Source: an uncultured cyanobacterium (GTDB taxonomy: Bacteria > Cyanobacteriota > Cyanobacteriia > Cyanobacteriales > CAWCAG01). From it: a stretch of DNA of 64,000 bases. The translations under genes were made by a program, and so were the position numbers. This document shows positions 17,979-26,869 of the stretch, in pieces (within the stretch, counting starts at the first letter, position 1; each line of letters begins with the position of its first letter). Under the pieces are notes generated by a model, which was not told where the DNA came from, did not search any database, and saw nothing but the letters and a program-made list of their open reading frames with translations. Where the stretch lies: the NCBI GenBank assembly GCA_963793425.1, contig CAWCAG010000005.1:1536001-1600000 (forward strand), written 5' to 3'.

Positions 17979-20198
17979 ATGAGTTCTTCCCAGCCTCCCA
18001 ATAAACCCCAAACTCAGATCGGCCAAATCTTTAGCCAAGCAACTCAAGTTTTCCAAAATGCCCTTGCTATTAAACCGGGGGCTAAGGTGGCAGAATTATG
18101 GGTACAAGAAGCTAATTCCCCAAAAGCCAAAGTACATAAATTACTAGGCGATCGCTACTTTTTAGGGCGCAGTTCTCAAGATGCAGATATTGTGGTTCCT
18201 AACCCGGTGGTTAGTAAGAAACATTTATCCTTAACTAGGGATAGTAAACGTCCCCGTAAGTTTATAATTCGAGATGAACATTCTACCAACGGCATTTATT
18301 TAGGCAGAAAGAGGCTAAAATCCTTACTGCTACGTCACGGTGATATTCTTACCTTGGGACCGCCGGAACTTAAAGATGCTGTTCGGGTTCAATTCCACAA
18401 CCCACCACCGTTAATTATTCTCATTGTACGCTACCTTCTCTATGGTATTGGGGGAGTTTCTGGTTTATTCGTGTTGTGGATTGCCATAGTTTGGGCAAAA
18501 TATCCCGTAGGTAGGATGCCCCCTGGGGTACAAGGACCAGTAATCGTTTATTCCAGGGAGAATGAACCTTTAAGGGAATTGCGTAATAATACTCACCAAG
18601 AATTAAAACTTTTAAAAGATTTTTCCCCTTATTTACCCAAAGCCTTACTCGCTTCAGAAGATAGCCGTTATCACTGGCACTTTGGGGTAGATCCTTTGGG
18701 GATTGCGGGGGCTTTGCGGAGAGGTTTTGGCGGAGGTAGTACCCTCACCCAACAGGTAGCCCGTAGTCTTTTCCCGGAAGTGGGGAGAGAGAATACCATC
18801 GGGCGTAAGATTCGGGAAATGATTGTCGCTTTTAAACTAGAAACTTTTTATAGTAAAGACAAAATTATTAGAACCTATTTAAACCGAGTTTATTTAGGGG
18901 TTGATAGTTATGGTTTTGAAGATGCGGCACAGTTTTACTTTGATAAATCAGCTAGGGATTTGGATATTTCCGAATCGGCAACCTTAGTAGCTATTTTACC
19001 AGCTCCGAATAGTTTTAATCCCGTCCAGGATTACGAAACTGCTATTAAGTTGCGTAACCGCATCATCACCCGCATGGCTGACCAAGGTAAAATTAGTGGT
19101 GAAGAAGCTTCCAGGGCTAGGCGATCGCGCATTGAAGTCAGTCCCGAAGCCAGGAGAATTTTAGGCAGCACCAAAGCACCTTATTTTTATGCCTATATTT
19201 TTACTGAATTAAGAGAACTATTAGGAGAAGATTTAGCGGAAGAAGGTAACTTCATTGTCCAAACTTCTTTAGATTTAGATGTGCAAGCCCAAGCTGACGG
19301 GGCTTTGCGTAACGGAGTTAATAATACCGGTTCTCGCTTGGGTTTTTCCCAGGGGGCCATCGTCACCCTCAACACTCGCAATGCGGAAATTGTCGCCATG
19401 ACTGGGGGAGTAGATTATGGTCAAAGTCAGTTCAACCGTGCTTTCCAAGCTCAACGTCAACCAGGTTCCACCTTCAAAGTCTTTGCTTACGCGGCAGCAA
19501 TTGAACAGGGCATTCCCCCCGGCAAAGCCTACTCCTGCGCCCCTTTAAACTGGCAAGGACAAGCCTACAAAGGCTGCGAACGGGTTGGAGGTGGTTCAGC
19601 AAATATGTATACAGGTTTGGCACAATCAGAAAATGCGATCGCCTTGCGTGTTGCCCAAGATGTAGGCTTAGATAAAACCATTGCTATGGCTAAGAAGTTA
19701 GGGATTAAATCCAAGCTAGTAGCAACCCCTGGCTTAGTTTTGGGGCAAAGTGAAGTCAATGTTTTAGAAATTACGGGGGCTTATGCAACCTTCGCCAACA
19801 ATGGAGTTTGGAATCGTCCCCACGGCATCCGTCGCGTCCTTGATAGCAGTGATTGTGAGGATTATAAGAACCCAGACACCTGTCGAGTAATTTACTCCTA
19901 TGATCAGGATAGCAGCCGGGGTGTTCAAGCTATTTCTACGGGGGTAGCTAACACCATGAATAGCCTGTTGCGAGGGGTTATTAGTGGTACAGGCAGCGCT
20001 GCAGCCATTGGTAAAGGAGAAGCGGGTAAAACCGGAACTACTAACCGCAATGTAGATATGTGGTTTATTGGTTATGTACCTGGCGCTCAGCTAGTAACAG
20101 GAGTATGGTTAGGTAATGACGAGATCATTGCTACTAGGGGCAGTAGCGCCCAAGCAGCGAGAATTTGGGCTAATTATATGGGGCAAATTACTCAATAA
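17979..20198 (+). CDS. Class A penicillin-binding protein with N-terminal FHA domain
   Basis: FHA (LGRS..VSKKH..STNG); TM helix; transglycosylase (EDSRY..HFGVD, GGSTLTQQ, RKIRE); transpeptidase (STFK, SEN, KTGT). Confidence 0.92.
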   Translation: MSSSQPPNKPQTQIGQIFSQATQVFQNALAIKPGAKVAELWVQEANSPKAKVHKLLGDRYFLGRSSQDADIVVPNPVVSKKHLSLTRDSKRPRKFIIRDEHSTNGIYLGRKRLKSLLLRHGDILTLGPPELKDAVRVQFHNPPPLIILIVRYLLYGIGGVSGLFVLWIAIVWAKYPVGRMPPGVQGPVIVYSRENEPLRELRNNTHQELKLLKDFSPYLPKALLASEDSRYHWHFGVDPLGIAGALRRGFGGGSTLTQQVARSLFPEVGRENTIGRKIREMIVAFKLETFYSKDKIIRTYLNRVYLGVDSYGFEDAAQFYFDKSARDLDISESATLVAILPAPNSFNPVQDYETAIKLRNRIITRMADQGKISGEEASRARRSRIEVSPEARRILGSTKAPYFYAYIFTELRELLGEDLAEEGNFIVQTSLDLDVQAQADGALRNGVNNTGSRLGFSQGAIVTLNTRNAEIVAMTGGVDYGQSQFNRAFQAQRQPGSTFKVFAYAAAIEQGIPPGKAYSCAPLNWQGQAYKGCERVGGGSANMYTGLAQSENAIALRVAQDVGLDKTIAMAKKLGIKSKLVATPGLVLGQSEVNVLEITGAYATFANNGVWNRPHGIRRVLDSSDCEDYKNPDTCRVIYSYDQDSSRGVQAISTGVANTMNSLLRGVISGTGSAAAIGKGEAGKTGTTNRNVDMWFIGYVPGAQLVTGVWLGNDEIIATRGSSAQAARIWANYMGQITQ

Positions 20199-20261
20199 TG
20201 GGGAGGGAAAAAGCTTGTTTGAGAGAATATATCCTATTACTACGCAAGCCCAATGTTCTAT

Positions 20262-20846
20262 TCACTTTGCAGCTTTCTGAAAGCGACGTTTAACAAAGTA
20301 ACCTCCTAGCAAGAGTAAACCTCCCATTGCTGTGGGTTCAGGAACAGATTGAGCATCATTATCTTGGGGAAATTCTGCTTGATTTTGAGTGCAATCCGCA
20401 GCACTATTGACACCAGAGTTGCCGACTAAACCATCAGCATCTAAACAAGTCTTTGCACCACCTATACCTTCTACCTCAACTCCTAAATCAGCTTGCACGT
20501 CCGCTTCAACTAGATTGTCACCACCAATAGTAATTTCCCCTTCTAAGGAACCTTCTTTCTGGATTGCTTCTCCCAAGTTGTGCAAATCAGGGATTTCTAA
20601 GTCCTTAAGATCGTTCACTCCAACCTCAGTATAGGAATCTGTACCTAATCCTGCCAGGTTGTCTATTTCAGTGTCGCTGTTTTCCCCTAAAAAAGCATCA
20701 AGTCCGTCTTCAGTAGTAGCTCCTAAAGTAGCATCAACTGTGTTAGTTAGTGTTCCGCCTAATGAAGGAAATGCAGATACTGAAGGTGCAAACCCTGTAT
20801 TTAAAGCGGTAGTGGCGATTGCGGCGACGAAAAATAACTTGTTCAT
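20262..20846 (-). CDS. PEP-CTERM sorting-domain protein
   Basis: Signal peptide; acidic Gly-rich body; C-terminal SVPEPTAMGGLLLLGGYFVKRR; AAGGAG Shine-Dalgarno. Confidence 0.88.
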   Translation of the reverse strand: MNKLFFVAAIATTALNTGFAPSVSAFPSLGGTLTNTVDATLGATTEDGLDAFLGENSDTEIDNLAGLGTDSYTEVGVNDLKDLEIPDLHNLGEAIQKEGSLEGEITIGGDNLVEADVQADLGVEVEGIGGAKTCLDADGLVGNSGVNSAADCTQNQAEFPQDNDAQSVPEPTAMGGLLLLGGYFVKRRFQKAAK

Positions 20847-21088
20847 GACTTGCTCCTTTGTTTTGATTGATACTTTGTTTTTTAGCTATACCTCAGTATG
20901 AAATGCCTATGTTTGCCGTTAGGTGTGCGCGATGTTTGCGTTTATGTTTTACTTAAAGTTAATGTTTACGGAGACAACATTTTCTGATTTTTAGGGACAA
21001 TTGCAGGGTTTACCGGATCAATAGATTAGTTGTTGAGATTGATGGGGTGACGAGGAGAATAAGTAACGGCTGTTCACTGATAAATGTA

Positions 21089-21112
21089 GCCTAACGGCAA
21101 CGCTTACGCGAA
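21089..21112 (-). repeat. Short dispersed repeat (SDR-like), inverted variant
   Basis: Reverse complement TTCGCGTAAGCGTTGCCGTTAGGC shares CGTTGCCGTTAGGC with 25587-25600; abuts (T/C)AATGTT heptamers. Confidence 0.55.
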
Positions 21113-21281
21113 TAATGTTTAATGTTCAATGTTCAATATTTGAAGGATTTTTGCTAATAGTCCTAAAGTACTAACAGCAAATAGGACTTAGGAACTATTG
21201 AATTTAGGAACATTGCACCATGTCATTTGCTTTTGCGGTTGCCTAAGATGGAACAGTAAGCCATCAAAAGAGTACAACAAA

Positions 21282-21641
21282 ATGAAAAAGCCCTCAATTT
21301 TCCGCACTCTCTTTAGTTCTCTGCCTATTACTGCTGCTTTTGTTGTTACTATAGTTGCGGCCCCAGCTTTTGCAGTAACATTGCCGACTATAGATACTAA
21401 CGATACTACCTGGCAATTAAATGAAGTAGCTTTGGAAATTGATGTCAATATTGAAGGGTCGCCTGTACCTAATAATAGACCAAAGCCTAATCGTCCTGCA
21501 CCTAATAACAATCAATCAGCCCCTAATCGTCCTACTCCTAATAATAGACCAAAGCCTAATCGTCCTGCCCCCAATAACAATCAACCAGCCCCTAACAATA
21601 ATAGGCCTGTACCTAATCCTTCCCCTTCTAATAATAGTTAG
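21282..21641 (+). CDS. Small secreted Pro/Asn-rich repeat protein
   Basis: ATG at 21282 gives MKKPSIF...AAPAFA, a signal peptide; 69-nt (23-aa) tandem unit starting at 21468 and 21537. Confidence 0.7.
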   Translation: MKKPSIFRTLFSSLPITAAFVVTIVAAPAFAVTLPTIDTNDTTWQLNEVALEIDVNIEGSPVPNNRPKPNRPAPNNNQSAPNRPTPNNRPKPNRPAPNNNQPAPNNNRPVPNPSPSNNS

Positions 21642-21802
21642 TACTTACGCTGATTCTTAAGCTAACATCTCCTAGAATTAAAAACAAAATCGATTCTCAT
21701 ACTGAAATCATTAATTGTTCCCTGTAGTCTACGACAACGCTACCCTAACCCTGTCCCCTCTTTTCCAGAAATGTCTAATATGAAATTTACCCCATCAGGG
21801 TG

Positions 21803-24019
21803 TCAATTTTGAGCCACTTTTCTACCTTGATTGTTACCTCGATTTACAAAGAATATTCTGGGCAGTAATAAGCTTTTAATCAAGAAAAATAAAGAAGCTA
21901 ACTCTCCTGGTGCTTTTTCAAATAACCATTGTCCTGGACGGCAAAATAACAGAGCAATTAATTGCCTTTCTTGTTCTAAGGAAAGATTAGTAAAGCTGAT
22001 TTGTAAGTCAGAAATATTGTTCTTTGATTGAATAGTTTTTACTTTACCTTGTAAAATCAAGTTTTCTTTGGTTATAGTTAAATTTGCAGAATCAATATCC
22101 TTGAGAAAATTACTATTTTGAGTTAACTTTATTTTTGCACCAATTTCTGAAATTGTCGTAGTTACTCCCGCAAAAACTTGACCTCCTGCTTCAATTTTAA
22201 CTACTCGCTGTAAGTCAAACCAAGGATAGGAGTTAGGTTGAGGAATATCGATTAAGGAAAAAATGGCTATCCCTAACAAGAAAAGATTGTAGGTACTCCA
22301 AAACCAAATTAAACCCAAACTGTTTCTTGCTTCAGTTGGTGATAGCCACAAACCAAAACTGCGTCCTAAAGCGAGCAAAGTACCGAGGAAAAGTAAAATT
22401 AAAGGAGTAGCTAATAACCAGTTTAAATGAGAGCGATCGCGGCGTATTCCTTTTGGTGTTACTTTGAATCCTTTAGAGAAGGGTTTGATTAGGGTTTGGA
22501 TGACAGTTATGGCTACAGGAAGGCAATAAACTACGTTAGCAAAATCTAGGGTAAGGGCAGAACGGGAATGGTTATTTAACCAGGAGAAAGCAGCTATGTT
22601 TAAGAGGTAATAAGGTAAGAAAAAATAAAGCAATTCGTTGATGGTTGCTTGAACGGGGATAATATTGAGAAAAGAGTAGAGTATGGGGAGGATTAAAAAA
22701 GCGGCACGGGAGATATTTGTAAACCAATAAAGCAAGCTTTCAAAGTTAGCTAATCTTTGGCGAAAGTTTAGTCCGGGAATGGTTAAAGGGTTGGCATCAA
22801 TAAAAAATGTTTGCAAAGTCCCCCTTGCCCAACGCAATCTTTGAGTCATTAACCCTTCGATATCTTCTGCGGCTAAGCCTGAACTTAGTTTTTCTGCTAA
22901 ATAAATGACTTGATAACCAGAAGCAGAGAGTTTAATACTGGTGGCATAATCTTCACTTAAAGATGCAGTTACGAAGCCGCCGATTGTTTCTAAATGAGTT
23001 CTTCTCACCAGAAAGGAACTACCATAACACATAGCAATATCAGCCCCATCGCGAATAGGTTGGTTATGGCGAGAAAAAAGTTCTTGATCGTGGGGAATAA
23101 TTGTTCCTAAACCTAAGTTGCGTCCTAAAGGTTCAAAGTTATAAAATTCTTGGTGAGTTTGTACTAAAGCAATGTTAACTTTTTGAAAGAAGCCGACAGT
23201 ACGGGTAAGAAAGTTTTGGGTGGGGATAAAATCTGCATCAAAAACAGCAATCAATTCTCCTTTGGTTTTGCCTAAAGCGTAGTTTAAGTTACCTGCTTTA
23301 GCATGAATGTTATTGGGTCGGGTGATATATTTGCAACCTAATTCCAAAGCCAATTGCGCCATTTCTGGGCGACGACTATCATCAAGGAGATAAACAGTTT
23401 TGTTGGGGTAATCTAAAATTTGGCAACCAATAATTGTCCGGCGTAAAACTTCAGTTGGTTCACTATAGGTAGGAATAAAAATATCTACCAAAGGAGTATA
23501 AAGACTATCTGCTACTGCCACCGCCATTCTATCTGCTTCTTTGTTCCTTACTTTGCGATGCAGTAAGAAAAAGAGTTGAATAGCAACCATAGCAATAATG
23601 ATTGCTTCTAAAGCTAATAAGCTGAAGCTGAAAATACCATTTAAAAGAGTATCTAAGTTAAGAGTAGACAAACTACGCCACAGCAAATAACGTACTGTAA
23701 CCGCCAGAATAATAGCCACAATAATCACCCGCGACCATTTTTGTGGTTGGGGTGAAACTTTCATCACTCCTTGGGCAATTCCAAACAAAATAATGGTGGG
23801 TAGAAATAAAGAATATTGCTGCTTAAAATTAGGAACTTCTAACCAAAAAGGGGGATTTTGTTGCCCTTGACTTAATTGTGTAAAAAAGTTAGTGATACTA
23901 CAGGTTTGAGGTAAACAAACTATAGTAATGGCACACCCAGCTAATATAACTACAAAAATTAGCCATCTCAACTTACTATGTCCAAAAATTATTTCTTTAC
24001 CCCATTTAGATACTGTCAT
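21803..24019 (-). CDS. bcsA: Cellulose synthase catalytic subunit-like processive GT2 with C-terminal PilZ-like domain
   Basis: DDS, HAKAGNLN, DAD, SED, QRLRW, FKVTPK motifs; multiple TM helices; beta-barrel-like C-terminus. Confidence 0.85.
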   Translation of the reverse strand: MTVSKWGKEIIFGHSKLRWLIFVVILAGCAITIVCLPQTCSITNFFTQLSQGQQNPPFWLEVPNFKQQYSLFLPTIILFGIAQGVMKVSPQPQKWSRVIIVAIILAVTVRYLLWRSLSTLNLDTLLNGIFSFSLLALEAIIIAMVAIQLFFLLHRKVRNKEADRMAVAVADSLYTPLVDIFIPTYSEPTEVLRRTIIGCQILDYPNKTVYLLDDSRRPEMAQLALELGCKYITRPNNIHAKAGNLNYALGKTKGELIAVFDADFIPTQNFLTRTVGFFQKVNIALVQTHQEFYNFEPLGRNLGLGTIIPHDQELFSRHNQPIRDGADIAMCYGSSFLVRRTHLETIGGFVTASLSEDYATSIKLSASGYQVIYLAEKLSSGLAAEDIEGLMTQRLRWARGTLQTFFIDANPLTIPGLNFRQRLANFESLLYWFTNISRAAFLILPILYSFLNIIPVQATINELLYFFLPYYLLNIAAFSWLNNHSRSALTLDFANVVYCLPVAITVIQTLIKPFSKGFKVTPKGIRRDRSHLNWLLATPLILLFLGTLLALGRSFGLWLSPTEARNSLGLIWFWSTYNLFLLGIAIFSLIDIPQPNSYPWFDLQRVVKIEAGGQVFAGVTTTISEIGAKIKLTQNSNFLKDIDSANLTITKENLILQGKVKTIQSKNNISDLQISFTNLSLEQERQLIALLFCRPGQWLFEKAPGELASLFFLIKSLLLPRIFFVNRGNNQGRKVAQN

Positions 24020-24366
24020 ACTTCCCTTTTATTAATGTCGCTTTTACCGTGACTTAGCTAAATGAGATTATCTCTAGGAATAATGAAGAAGTAGGGAAGA
24101 AACTTACCTAGCTTCTTTATCTACCAATAGTTAATGGTTGGAAACATCGAACTATGGTATCAGCCCTGAAATATTTCCCTGATTCCGTTACTATGACGAA
24201 GAAAAATGAATTTTTACTGAGTAAAACAGAAGAGTAAAGGGCAAAATTGCTAAGATAAACTATATCTCATCATTTTCTCTTTAAGTTCTCATTTGCTCCT
24301 AATTTAAACTTAGGGTTTTAGTTGAATAATTATTAATAGCAATAACGTTGTGATTAGGTATTTTTT

Positions 24367-24864
24367 ATGAACATCAGTAAAATCAATAAATTGGCGATCG
24401 CAGCTTGTCTAGGGATTTTCTTAGCAAGTTGTGCTACAGAAGCCCCAGAAGCCCCCCCGGAAGAAACTTCTGCTAGTCCGACAACAGAAGAAACAACTAC
24501 CCCAGCCTCCCCCAGTGAATTACAAGCAACTGCTTCGGGTAACTTTGTTGAAGCAGAACATCCCACCGCTGGTATAGCAACCATTGTTAATGAAGATGGT
24601 AAGAATTATTTGCAGTTTGATGAGAATTTTAAAAGCGATGACGGACCAGATTTGTTTGTTTTGCTACATAAATCAGAAGTCCCCGAAACCTACAAAGAAG
24701 AAGACTATGTTAGCCTCGGTGAGTTGCAAAGCACGAATGGGAGCCAACGCTACGAAATTCCTGATAGTGTCAACCTTGCAGACTATCAATCTACAGTAAT
24801 TTGGTGTCGCAAATTTGATGCCACATTCGGTTACGCAACCCTAGCTTCCGAACCAGCGGAATAG
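24367..24864 (+). CDS. DM13-domain lipoprotein
   Basis: Lipobox LASC; SGNFVEAEHPT.G, GPDLFVLL, GSQRYEIP, VIWCRKFDATFG. Confidence 0.88.
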   Translation: MNISKINKLAIAACLGIFLASCATEAPEAPPEETSASPTTEETTTPASPSELQATASGNFVEAEHPTAGIATIVNEDGKNYLQFDENFKSDDGPDLFVLLHKSEVPETYKEEDYVSLGELQSTNGSQRYEIPDSVNLADYQSTVIWCRKFDATFGYATLASEPAE

Positions 24865-24898
24865 CACTTTAGTTGTTAATGTTGCCAAAAATAAAACT

Positions 24899-25558
24899 AT
24901 GACTGCTTCAGACTTCCTTGCTTTAATTCATCCTGCCCTAGCTGTAATTTTAGTTTTCCCCCTCATTGGTATTGTGGTTAACTTTGCCTGGGCTACTCGC
25001 CAGCGTCGCCTGCAATTAGCAGAGGGCATCAAAAGCAAAATTCCCCCAGTAGTAGGAAAAGAACACGTTCAATTAGGACGGTGGTTAGCTAGTGCGGTGG
25101 TAATTTTGAGTTTAGTAGGGTTTGCCTACGCTATTGTTCTTAAAAACATTGTGGCGAATAATTTATGGAACAGTGATCCTTTCCAAACAGTCTTCCTTTT
25201 CCTCCTCTTCGCCCTCACCGTTGCTTCCTTAGTCTTTCTTTATCGGGCCAGACAGAAACTGTGGCGCGGTGTCTTTGCTACTTTAACAGGTATGGGCATC
25301 GTGATCCTAGGTTGCCAAGATGGAGTCTTTCGCCGCAGCGAGGAGTGGTATTGGTCACATTTTTATTTAGGCATCGCTGCCACTTTGTTAATGATTTTCT
25401 CTTTAGCAATTATCCAAGATATTTATCAAGATAAATCCTTAACTTGGCGTAGGGTTCACATTATCCTTAATAGCATTGCCCTACTATTTTTTGTTGGTCA
25501 AGGTTTTACTGGAGTAAGAGACTTGTTTGAAATTGGTTTTTACGCCAATGCAAAATAG
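24899..25558 (+). CDS. DUF4079-like membrane protein (possible heme-binding His residues)
   Basis: Several TM helices with His motifs LIHP, EHVQLG, SHFY, RVHI; ends TGVRDL. Confidence 0.75.
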   Translation: MTASDFLALIHPALAVILVFPLIGIVVNFAWATRQRRLQLAEGIKSKIPPVVGKEHVQLGRWLASAVVILSLVGFAYAIVLKNIVANNLWNSDPFQTVFLFLLFALTVASLVFLYRARQKLWRGVFATLTGMGIVILGCQDGVFRRSEEWYWSHFYLGIAATLLMIFSLAIIQDIYQDKSLTWRRVHIILNSIALLFFVGQGFTGVRDLFEIGFYANAK

Positions 25559-25574
25559 CTTTTTCAATGATCAA

Positions 25575-25600
25575 TGTACGGCTTGCCGTTGCCGTTAGGC
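25575..25600 (+). repeat. Short dispersed repeat (SDR-like) embedded in TCAATGA heptamers
   Basis: TGTACGGCTTGCCGTTGCCGTTAGGC; related copies at 49354-49378 and 55419-55445. Confidence 0.7.
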
Positions 25601-25679
25601 ATCAATGATCAAAGTAAGAGACAGAAAAGTTTTCTTTCCCTCTCACAGTCTCCCAGTCAATCTCAACAAGCCTGACAGC

Positions 25680-25735
25680 TTACTTATTACTTATTACTTA
25701 TTACTTATTACTTATTACTTATTACTTATTACTTA
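25680..25735. repeat. Heptamer tandem repeat (TTACTTA)x8, STRR-like
   Basis: Eight perfect copies read directly; contains the stop codon of the 25729-26253 gene. Confidence 0.95.
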
Positions 25736-26253
25736 GCTTCTGCTTGTTCTACAGAACGATTACGAACCCCTAAAGTTAAGCGCAAAGTCTCTTTTTGAGG
25801 TAAAGACTTAACCACCTGTCTGTACACACTATAGTTAGTGGGCAAGGTAACATTATTTTCCCCATTTTGGTAAGTCATTTCATAACTAACTTGCCGCAAC
25901 AATTCTGGTCGATGGTGCTTTTCTTGAGATTTTGCTCGTTGTTCAATTTCATTTAAACTAGGTTTAGGTGGTACTTTGGGCCACCATAAACCTTGATCAT
26001 CCGGGGGAGTAAGAACCCCATCAGGTTTGTTACCATTAATGTTAAGTAAAGAGGCAGAAGCAAACTCTTCAAAACGCCTTTCTCGTTCACTTTGCCCCTG
26101 AAATTCAGGAGTATACTTAACTCGCCAGGTAAGCTGGGTTAAGGCTGTAGCTTGATATTCATTTGTGGTGATGCGGCTACAGCCAACAAAGGCAAAGCTA
26201 AGCATTAGCATTAGCCCGAAACTAAACAAACCAATTCGTCTTTTAAGTTTCAA
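25729..26253 (-). CDS. Hypothetical lipoprotein
   Basis: Basic N-terminus, hydrophobic core and lipobox FVGC. Confidence 0.75.
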   Translation of the reverse strand: MKLKRRIGLFSFGLMLMLSFAFVGCSRITTNEYQATALTQLTWRVKYTPEFQGQSERERRFEEFASASLLNINGNKPDGVLTPPDDQGLWWPKVPPKPSLNEIEQRAKSQEKHHRPELLRQVSYEMTYQNGENNVTLPTNYSVYRQVVKSLPQKETLRLTLGVRNRSVEQAEAK

Positions 26254-26272
26254 CCTTTAACCCCTAAGCTAA

Positions 26273-26734
26273 TTAATCAGCCCATTCAATAGACCATTCA
26301 GAATTATTATCCCAGTTATAGCGCGATTCTTCTTCAATAATGACAGGACGTTCTTTAGCTTGGGAGATCCAGTTGATTATTTGTTCAAAAGAAGGAAGCA
26401 ATTTAACAATCGTCAGTTGTTCATTGACCCGTAAAATCTCTTCATAAAGGTCATTAGGCGAAACCTGCCCAAGTTTTTCGACACTATCTACTCCTGATGC
26501 CTCTAATAACTTCGAGTACTCCCCTCCTACCCCCTTAATTTGGATCAAGTCAGCTAAATGTAGCCAGCGAAAGATCATTCCTTCTTCAATTCCTGCGGCT
26601 TGAGATAATTCTCTTCTTCCTGCCACAGACTTACCTTTCTCTAGCAGTTCCTCTACAGTATTGATATTTGCCTTTTCTAGTTGACTAACATAAAAAGGAG
26701 TTATACCATCAATATCTTCAATCTGGTGTGCCAT
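26273..26734 (-). CDS. DUF4332-like helix-hairpin-helix protein
   Basis: IEDIDGI..LEKANINTVEELL; ADLIQIKGVGGEYSKLLEASGVDSV; WISQAK. Confidence 0.8.
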   Translation of the reverse strand: MAHQIEDIDGITPFYVSQLEKANINTVEELLEKGKSVAGRRELSQAAGIEEGMIFRWLHLADLIQIKGVGGEYSKLLEASGVDSVEKLGQVSPNDLYEEILRVNEQLTIVKLLPSFEQIINWISQAKERPVIIEEESRYNWDNNSEWSIEWAD

Positions 26735-26869
26735 TGCCTGTATGTAAAAAAATTTGCTTATTTATTTCTATTGTCAGGCTAAACGTTACCATTTGAACGA
26801 TTCGTTACCGTTAAGATACAAAATAATCTTTTTAAAACAGTTATTACTATTCCCTTTGGCAATAAACCG

